From Lophium mytilinum (taxonomy: Eukaryota): a stretch of DNA of 64,000 nt. The position numbers were made by a program, and so were the translations under genes. Of the stretch, positions 1 to 8,513 are shown piece after piece. How positions within the stretch are numbered: position 1 is the first letter of the stretch; each line of letters opens with the position of its first letter. The stretch lies in the NCBI GenBank assembly GCA_010093605.1, contig MU004187.1:1558018-1622017 (forward strand). The letters are read 5' to 3'. The notes beneath the pieces were generated by a model. That model was not told where the DNA came from. It saw only the letters and a program-made list of their open reading frames with translations, and did not search any database.

Positions 1-1287
1 CTTCCAGGAAGGATTGCAGATTGAAGTGGAATTGCGAGGTCGTCGTCAAGCCGGATAACACTTCGCCAAAGGACAAGGCGGAGTAGGTCGGAGTCAGGCA
101 CCATTTTCATACGTGCTTCATAACCGGCGCTTAGCGTACCAGATTCACATTATTGGAAGGCTCTCAAGGTATCAAGGTGGTGTTGTAAGAGTTGAGTTGG
201 GGGCTCGTAATATTAGTGTATTGTAGGTGAAGCTATCTAATGCAGGAGGAGGCAAGGATAAGAATCCCACGCCAAGCGCTGACTAAGCTGCCAACAGTGT
301 CATTTAGATTGGCATAGCCTGAGGGCTGGGATTGCGAGTAGCCTGACTCAACGGAGGTCATTATGATCTGCCTGCAGTTTCCTTACAATGCTACTGCGGA
401 AGTTGTGGGAAGATACGCGCTTTCTAGGTTGCGAACTACAACATTTCGTATAAGCCGGGCATCGCTGATGTCTTTGAGAAAGTGGCAGTATTCAAGGCCT
501 TTTACACCATGCGATACAATGACGTATAATTAGGATACTGGGTAAATTCGCAGGCCATCAGAATCTAGTTCCGAGAGATCACTTTCCTTTCTCTTTGGCA
601 AAAGTAGATCAAGTTCACGACCAAACCTCAAACCGAGAGAGCGTTTGAAAAATTGAAAAGATCCCATCAATTTTATTTCCTATTCTTCTGAGTCACAAAA
701 GGCCAAAGATGTTTCTCCCCACAGCCACCCATGGTTTTCCCAAACACCTAGCCACACCGGCCCAGAATCGATGACAAACAAGCTGGGAGAACCTTGGGAC
801 GACAGTGGTGTGCATATTCGAACCTGCAGAAGAAAAAACGGGGCAGTCAGCCAGAGCTGACACTGCGAGACCCACCCGCGGTTCGCACGACTCCCCCGAA
901 GCAAGCCGCCAATCAACCGTGGAAACGCCCAAATACAACCTGTAGTAAGAGCGCCGAACCTAGAAAAAAAAAGCGGTTGTCAGCAAAAAGCCGACGTTGC
1001 GAGCACCTAGTCAGGAATTCTCTCGGGTGAAGTTTTCATCGTCATTGCACAAGCTCGGATCGTAACAAGAGTTCCCCTCATCAATCCTCCGTGACATCCT
1101 CAGTACCCGCCTTTGTATGTCTATCTCCTTGTGCCTGTCTCCGGGTCTTCTAAGCCCCGTGTGGGTTTGTGGGAAGGAGAGGCACCAGGAGGGGGGCGTG
1201 CGAGGCGAAGGTATTGAGGGTCGTTGTTGTGGTCAAGCCCGATGATGATGCCAAAGAGGTGCTTTCAACGTCGTTACTGAGCTTGCT

Positions 1288-1344
1288 CTGAATGACGTTG
1301 GTTAGCAAAGCTCAAGAGGCTGAGGGCTGGAGGGGATGACCTAC
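1288..1344 (-). other. Canonical spliceosomal intron (57 nt) in an ORF-poor minus-strand transcript, probably the 5' leader of a gene running off the left edge
   Basis: Minus strand reads GTAGGT donor ... GCTAAC branch point (plus 1301-1306) ... TTCAG acceptor. A CT-rich tract lies upstream on the minus strand (~1500-1545). No convincing CDS spans it. Confidence 0.5.
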
Positions 1345-2745
1345 CGGGTGGTATGTGTGTGGGGGTTTGTCGAGCTGTCGACAGACCAAAATAACTTCAG
1401 CTGTGTCGAGAAGATTGAAGCGGCGGTAGATAGGAACAAGATAAAGCTGGGAGGACGTGGAGTGATTAGGGTTGTGGATGCTGGAGTCGAGTTGATGGAG
1501 AGATGTGAAAAGAAGAAGAAGAAACGGGCAGAGGAGAAGAAGTATTTGTACTCCAAGATTCGTGGAGAGAAGGCACATTGCGGAAACAAGGTAAGAAGGG
1601 TACAGTAACGTATTCCGTTTCTCAGGTTCGCGATGCCATGCAGGTGCAGCTTGCAACCTTTTGCAAATGCATCCCAACGTCGTTTCCACAAACACGTCGC
1701 ATTCGAGACCGCTGATACCGAACAAAGGGAAGAAACGACTAGGAACGTCACAGGCCGCTGTCCGGCGGCGATAGATGAGGCTCAGCTTTTCATCCAGTGA
1801 AATGAATCGACATAGCAAGGCTCACGGCTTTGGAAAGTCTAGATGACGACATAGAATCGCGGACACAAGGGCTACTAGACCTTATTTTGAATTAGAAAGA
1901 GTCGTTGGCAAGAACCGTACTCGGATATTAAGCGGCCAAGAGTTGGGAGTTCGAATTCCACCTAGTTCCCCGGGCTTGCAGAACCTTCTTGCTTTCTCTA
2001 AAAGGAAGTGGTCCGGCTTCTGGCCGACCCCAACGCTCATAAGGGAGCGGCACTGGGAGACAGGAGCAGGAGTTTTGGCTATAGCTCTCTCCTCTTTCCG
2101 CTGTGCTTGCTTGGCTCATACCCCAAGATCGTCATGTTATTGGAACCCTTACCTTCCCTCAAGCGCAGCCCTTGCTTTTCGAAAACTCCGAAGCAGTTTT
2201 CGGACCTGGCTGACAGGAGGCTACTCACGGCCGCTCTGCGGAAGGTCCGTTTCAGTGGACTCACAATGCCATCTAACTCTCACAAAGCACTAAAGTACTG
2301 GAAGATAAATCTGGACATACGCATTATCACGAATTGGCTCGATTTTTGCTTACTTCAGACCACTGAGTGGTAGCCAGCTAGTCAAGAGGCAGTATAATTT
2401 ACATCACTTGAAAATTGTCATCGAGCTTAAAATTTTGAAACACTTTGCGGATACCCAAGCAGTGGCAAACAATTCTGCACAGTGATTTTCGCTCTAGGAT
2501 GAACAGCGTTACTGTGTTGTAGTGTGGCTCCAAGACCAGGATAGTTACCCGGGGCCCGGAACGCCTCTTATCCATGTGCTTATCAACTTTTCAATATTCT
2601 ACTATTCCTATCCCTGCGCGTACTTACCCCTCCTGCCCCTCCCATCTTGTGTTCTACTCTACAACAGCAACAATTTCCAGCTAAACCTCTGCAGAGCTTT
2701 ACCATTCCGTATACTTCTATTTTCTGTACAATCGCTTGACCTCAG

Positions 2746-4269
2746 ATGGGCCTCCTCGATCTCCCCGCCGAAATTCTCACCGAGATCATCAACCACACCG
2801 TCCCCTCCGGCATCGAAGCCCTCTCACTCTGCTGCAAAGGCTTATATGCGCATGCCTCAAAACAAATCCAACAACATAACGCCCTCAAACAGCAATGGAA
2901 TTACACATCTCATACGGGCATCCGCCGTGGCGACACACTCCGCATGCTCTACGATATATTCCGTGATCCTCGTGCCGCGCAGTACATCGAGTCGCTGAAT
3001 CTATGGGACCGCCGATCACTACGCGAGGCAAGCGAGCACTCTCGACAAGCTAGCACTGATGGTTTTGATGACTTTCGGGCGAATAGAGAGGCTATGAAGG
3101 GGATCAAAAGGATGGTGATGGAACTAGAGTGTTTGCAGAAGGCGGGTGTGGATGCGGAGGAGTGGTGGGACAAAATCATGAATGAGAATAAAGACGTCGA
3201 CAGGGAAGTGCCATACACGGTTGTTACGCTGTTAAGCCTACTGCCGAATTTGAAAACACTGCGGTTGCCGCACGCGTGGCATGATGCTAGAACCCCCGAC
3301 GATGTCGAAGATGATGATAAGATATTAGGACTCGTGCTCGATGCCATTGTTGATTCATCAAACAATGGAAAAGACCGTGACAGGCCACTGAAGAAGCTGG
3401 AGACCATCTTGCCATTCATGTGGGAGGGATACGAGGAGCGCGGAGGCTTGCAAGGTGTGGAATCTTTCTTGCACCTAAAGAGCATAAGGGAGCTGTACGC
3501 TGTAAGCTGCATCGCTGTCGACGACCACTACACTGGCATTCCATTCCACTGGCGCTTCCCGACACTCATGTCGTCAATCACAAGGATAGAGTTGGCGTAC
3601 TGCTGCATAGATGCGGACGGAATATCGGGGCTCTTGTCTTATACACCCAACCTTAAAGTCTTCAAGTACGCCCACCAGACTAAGTGGCATGGCTGCCAGC
3701 ACGATTGGAACCCTGGTGCTTTTACCGCAGCAGTAGCCAAACATTGCGGTCGAACCATTACCGAGCTAGCAATCACGATCGACGAACTGTTTGGAGATAT
3801 TTGTAATGGTACATCGTCATTCCACGCATTTCCCGATCTACAGAAGCTTGAAGTCGATCTCCGCATTTTTTGCGGTCCGCCAGTGGAAAGTGGTCAGGAG
3901 CGGGGTATGCTAGCGAAAATTCCGGAGGGAGAAACACCATGGACAGAAGATGATATTCCGTGTGTTGGGAGTATGCTGCCGGGTAGTATAATTGAACTGC
4001 AGATGAACATGGAAGATCCGGAGGATGAGACGGTGCTGAGATTGTTGTTTAAAGATATTAAAGAGCAGCGGCGGAAGCGATTAACACTCTTGGAGAAGGT
4101 TATTGTTAGACAGTTGAACGGTCATAGCGCACGGAAGTTCGTAGAGGACTCGGGGCTTACTTTAGAGGTCTTCGATGCGGAGTATCCAACTACTAGGCCG
4201 AACTCGATGATGCCAGCGTGGAAACGAGAGTTCCAGGAGAGGGTCGGTGGGCTAGATTTTTTTGAGTGA
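2746..4269 (+). CDS. F-box domain protein (507 aa, intronless), with a possible LRR-like C-terminal region
   Basis: Long ORF. N-terminal LLDLPAEILTEII...LSLCCK is F-box-like; LPNLKTLRL, PNLKVFKY and PDLQKLEV are LRR-like segments typical of fungal F-box proteins. Confidence 0.85.
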   Translation: MGLLDLPAEILTEIINHTVPSGIEALSLCCKGLYAHASKQIQQHNALKQQWNYTSHTGIRRGDTLRMLYDIFRDPRAAQYIESLNLWDRRSLREASEHSRQASTDGFDDFRANREAMKGIKRMVMELECLQKAGVDAEEWWDKIMNENKDVDREVPYTVVTLLSLLPNLKTLRLPHAWHDARTPDDVEDDDKILGLVLDAIVDSSNNGKDRDRPLKKLETILPFMWEGYEERGGLQGVESFLHLKSIRELYAVSCIAVDDHYTGIPFHWRFPTLMSSITRIELAYCCIDADGISGLLSYTPNLKVFKYAHQTKWHGCQHDWNPGAFTAAVAKHCGRTITELAITIDELFGDICNGTSSFHAFPDLQKLEVDLRIFCGPPVESGQERGMLAKIPEGETPWTEDDIPCVGSMLPGSIIELQMNMEDPEDETVLRLLFKDIKEQRRKRLTLLEKVIVRQLNGHSARKFVEDSGLTLEVFDAEYPTTRPNSMMPAWKREFQERVGGLDFFE

Positions 4270-4859
4270 AGGATAGCTACATTTGTTCACCACTACTATG
4301 AGATAGTATTCTTTTGCGGACTTCGTTCTGTAAGATGTTAAATTTTCTCTCACTTCACGCTTTTACCATTCCTCCATGGCAGTAATTAATGGGGCTAATT
4401 TTCAAAACAAGCTAAGACCCATCTCTGTTGGGCGGCTTGAAAGCGGCAACACTAATGCTGTCCATGGCCCGTTGAAGTACAGTGCCTTGCCATAGATATC
4501 CGTACATCTCCCTACCATTGTTTGAGGGCCCCCGACAGATTATCAGAGACCGTGGACAGCGGATATACTTTCGATCTGTGTGCACCGTGTTGACACTGTC
4601 TGGAGGACCTTCGCAAGTCTAGTAGTACTCCAAAATGCCGCAATTTTCCCTTGTTCGGAACGCTGGAAATACTCTGGGGCTCCTCAAGATGTGGTAAACG
4701 AGTGTACGGATTTCTATGACGAGTCATTGTATTTGGTTCGTGTCCCTTCAATATGTGCAATCCCCTAGAGCATCATGGATGCAAAATTGCGTATGGCGAC
4801 TCAGGAAATTGTGACGCGCAACCGAACCTTCATCTCGCCAGATATAGTTTCTTCGTCCT

Positions 4860-5714
4860 CTACTCCAGCTCATCGCACTCCCTCCACAGCCTCACGAGCT
4901 CTTCCCAAATTACTGTGTTCGTCCCTGTAGGATTTCGATCCCACGCGACGAAATGGTTAGCGTAGTAGTCTGGTTGGCGCTCTATCCAATACCACGCTGC
5001 TTCCCACTGCAGTCTTCTCTCCCAGTGCTCCGTCGAAAGGCGCCACGCCTTTGCGCTATTTTTTTCTTCCTCTTGCTCCATGTCATTCTCCCTATCAACA
5101 TTGTCATGCGACACTTGTTGCTTTGGCCTCAATAGCCTGATGAGACACGCACAAAGGCCGCAAATGAGTATTGGAACGTGAAACAGAACGATAATGAAGA
5201 TGACAGCTCCCAAATCGCCCAGAACGTAAGCCGCTAGGAGAGTCATGATGATTATAGGACAGATAGGTTCCTCCGGGGGCTTGGGATCGACAGTAGAGCG
5301 ATACTGGGTTTCACTACGGAGGAGCTCGAGTTCTAAGCGTTTCTTTGCAAGAGCGGCAAGAAGGAGGCCACGATCGAGCAAGGTGACCCAGGGAGGAGTA
5401 CGTGAAGCGCGGGCTCTCTGTGAAGCACGGGTGGTATTTGAGGCGCGGGTTGTAGGTGAGGGCCATGATGTGATCGGTGTGGTCTCTTCAAACTCTGTAG
5501 TCTCTTCAAGCTCTAGAAATATTCTGCTCCAATGAGCCTTTGTGGAAAGGCCTGATTTTGGTAGCATGTCAGTGCTATGTAGTTGGTTGATGTTATTCAT
5601 AGAGTGATTCGAGCATTTCGGAACATGCGGTACTGAAAGAACTACGCTTTTTATGGTGCTTGAAGGTCGAAGTTGCGGTTTCATTTCTTTGAATCGGGCT
5701 GAACGGGCGTCCAT
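4860..5714 (-). CDS. Hypothetical protein with a hydrophobic, probably membrane-spanning segment (start uncertain)
   Basis: Open frame of about 285 codons from the first ATG at 5714. Hydrophobic stretch IIIMTLLAAYVLGDLGAVIFIIVLFHVPILICGLCACLI, then a charged and Trp-rich C-terminus. No recognisable family. Confidence 0.5.
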   Translation of the reverse strand: MDARSARFKEMKPQLRPSSTIKSVVLSVPHVPKCSNHSMNNINQLHSTDMLPKSGLSTKAHWSRIFLELEETTEFEETTPITSWPSPTTRASNTTRASQRARASRTPPWVTLLDRGLLLAALAKKRLELELLRSETQYRSTVDPKPPEEPICPIIIMTLLAAYVLGDLGAVIFIIVLFHVPILICGLCACLIRLLRPKQQVSHDNVDRENDMEQEEEKNSAKAWRLSTEHWERRLQWEAAWYWIERQPDYYANHFVAWDRNPTGTNTVIWEELVRLWRECDELE

Positions 5715-6022
5715 GTGGTCCGGAACAGGCAATTAACCACGTTCTTTGTTGTGACACGCAGCCCAGTGAGCCAACAGCTTCCAGGTCCAGCTAATGAAAT
5801 GCGAACATAGAGGCTAACGCGGCATCTGATATTATGACGATATCCGCAGTAATGCAGCTCTCTGCTCTACAATCGAGATCAGCTTCGTGGCTATCAGAGG
5901 GAAGTACCTGAGAGTTCAACATCAGACACCTCATACCTTTAAATCATACTGGTTTGGGCATATCGAGGAAACGGGATTCCAAAATAGCTTCGCACGCGTA
6001 TGAGGAGCCTCGGAAGCCATTA

Positions 6023-6649
6023 TCATCCCTCGCTGTCGCTCATTTCCTCATCTTCGTCAACTTCGTCCATAACAGCCAAAACATCCTCCTCACGTCGTGC
6101 CTGTACACGTGTCGCATTACTCGCCCCTACAGCTTGCACGATATTATCTACTCCAGATGCGTCCTCTTGCGCTCTCTTAATGATGATCTTAGCCCTCCTA
6201 ATAACCTCATGTTCCGCCTTTCTAATTGTCCCCGAGAGTCGCACAACGCGTACGACGCAGGGCTGTGATATTGGCATCGGTAGCTGTGTCATGAAGGTCA
6301 ACGCCGCCCATACGAGCTGGCAGTGCGCGCGTGGCGTTCGGATTATGGCGGTGGATGTTGCGGGGGAGAGGTAGTTTACTGTGATATAATTTAGCATATC
6401 TCTTATTCTGCAAAGCCACTGGAATATCGTACTTCTAAGGCTCGGAGAGACTACTCCTGCGCCATAGTCGCCGAATAGCTCTGCGACGCCTTGCCTTATA
6501 GCTTTCAATAGGAAGGGAACATCGAGTTGATCGGAGCTTGGTTGGTTGAATTGGAGAAGCTGCGACAGTGATTCTTTTGAGGAAGTCGCGGTCGGAGCGC
6601 CGGGGTAGAGAAAGGTAGCGACTAGGTATCTATGCTTTACTCTCACCAT
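6023..6649 (-). CDS. POP5: RNase P/MRP subunit Pop5 (Rpp14/Pop5 family); exons 6649-6433 and 6378-6023
   Basis: MVRVKHRYL N-terminus and the LFGDYGAG, YLSPATSTAIIR and VVRLSGTIRKAE motifs. A 54-nt GTACGA...CAG intron at 6432-6379 restores SLR-INYLS. Confidence 0.93.
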   Translation of the reverse strand: MVRVKHRYLVATFLYPGAPTATSSKESLSQLLQFNQPSSDQLDVPFLLKAIRQGVAELFGDYGAGVVSPSLRSTIFQWLCRIRDMLNYITVNYLSPATSTAIIRTPRAHCQLVWAALTFMTQLPMPISQPCVVRVVRLSGTIRKAEHEVIRRAKIIIKRAQEDASGVDNIVQAVGASNATRVQARREEDVLAVMDEVDEDEEMSDSEG

Positions 6650-6938
6650 GGCGAATGCAGTATATGTGGACTCGATAGTAAAGTGTGACTCGTGAACAGG
6701 TACGAAAATAATCTGGGGTTGATTGATGCAGGTCCAATACGCTAGTGACTAATTAAGCTTAGCCGCCAGGTGACGTATCAAATCCTCGGACGGAGCTCCA
6801 GGCTCCTTCAACACCGCAACCGCATCACCACATTACTCTCCATCACCAACATACCTAGCACTACCTCCGAAACCACGACGAACAACCAAACCGCCACTAG
6901 AGTAGCCTAAACCCCTCCAACGACACCCAACCGCCACC

Positions 6939-7937
6939 ATGGCCTCCTCATCCTCCCAAACACCACTCCTCTAGTACGCCTCCCTCCCCCCAATTTCCCT
7001 CTCCCCTCGTTTGCTCTAACTCCCCTTCAGCTCCTGCATCGCACACAACAGCACAATCCTAACCGAGCACACCGCCTCCGCCTCCTCAAACACCTCCTCC
7101 CTCGCCTCCCTCATCCTTCCCAAAATCACCCACACCTCCCCCCAAAAGCTCACCTACACCCACGGCGACTACTTCATCCACTACATCGCCTCCGCCGCCT
7201 CCGAGCACCCGGACACCCCCTCCGCTGGCGGGCTCACCTACCTCGTGATCGCCGAGAGCGGGCTCGGCCGGCGCATCCCCTTCGGCTTCCTCGTCAGCAT
7301 CAAGCAGCGCTTCCTCGAAGAATTCAAGCCGACAGACACGGACTTCGCGAGCCTGCCGGCGTACGGGTGCGCGGCGTTCAATGGCACGCTGAAGCGGCTG
7401 ATGGTGGAGCAGGGAACGACGGACGCGGGGAAGGCGGATGCGCTGCGCACGGTGCAGAGCGAGATCTCGGGCGTGCGGGAGATCATGACGGAGAATATTG
7501 AGCGGGTGCTGGAGCGGGGCGAGCGGATTGATTTGCTGGTGGATAAGACGGATCGGCTGGGGAGCTCAGCGCAGGACTTTCGGGTGCGGAGTCGGGGGTT
7601 GAGGAGGCGCATGTGGTGGAAGAATGTGCGGTTGATGGCGTTGTTGGTGGTGGTGGTGTTGTTTTTGATCTATTTGTTCGTCGGGTTTGGGTGTGGATTG
7701 CCTGGTGAGTGGACATTTCTTTTCGTATGGAAGAGAGGGAGAGTGGCATGGCGAGCAGAGACGTTTGAAAGTTGCGAAACTTTGGAGGATGCGCGGAGTC
7801 GAGCCTCTCAAAACGTCGGCTTAAAGTTGCCCGCCGTCGCCCTATCCCGGCTTCCGTTCCCCTCTGTCTCCTTGTACTCTTCCATCGAGCCGCCGCTAAT
7901 GAGAATCACAGGCTGGTCACGATGCCTCCACCACTAG
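6939..7937 (+). CDS. NYV1: Longin R-SNARE (VAMP7/Nyv1-like synaptobrevin); exons 6939-6973, 7031-7704, 7912-7937
   Basis: GCCACCATGG start context; longin domain (LLYSCIAH...GRRIPFGFL); synaptobrevin coil MTENIERVLERGERIDLLVDKT; MWWKN followed by a TM helix. Introns GTACGC..CTAAC..CAG and GTGAGT..CTAAT..CAG. Confidence 0.92.
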
Positions 7938-8513
7938 TCCAACTTATCACAATACCCCAACTCTGAAACCATGGACTCCACGGTGTAACTCAACAAGGCG
8001 TTCCGGCTCCTGTATTCCGTATCATACCTAGCATACAACTGTACCACCAATGCACATAAAACCCAACCAATAAGACAAAAAAGTCTCCCACACAGGCGCC
8101 AGTGAGATGCAGGGTATACGCTAAAGCAAAAATGAAATAGCTCCCCCCAATTCCCAACCCCGAAAAACGGGTAAAGTACATGCAATGCGTTTTCATACTT
8201 CAGACAAAGGTACTCCACCACCCTATAATCAAATCTCCGCATATCCGATGCGGAGAGATGCAGAGAAGAAAAAAACGATATTGGTTCTAAGTCTAAATGA
8301 TGCATGCCTGCCTTTTTAGTGGCCTTTTGATCTGTAATTATTATGTTTCCATGCAATGCAGCCAACCCCGACGCCTGTCCTTTCAATTTTTGGAAAGAAA
8401 AAAAGATGTTTTTCAAATTTTGAACCCCAGCGAACCAAGCAAACTTTTGGAGATCTTATGTCAGTTCTACGCGAACTGATACACCGGTATCGTGAGTCGC
8501 ATCGAGCAGCACC

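Noticed and set aside
680..2998. Short ORFs of 60-170 aa upstream of the F-box gene
   Set aside because: Mutually overlapping, mostly non-ATG starts, and no recognisable motifs.
8234..8256. 9-bp inverted repeat TCTCCGCAT/ATGCGGAGA between convergent genes
   Set aside because: An isolated short hairpin; intrinsic terminators do not apply to Pol II genes and chance occurrence is plausible.
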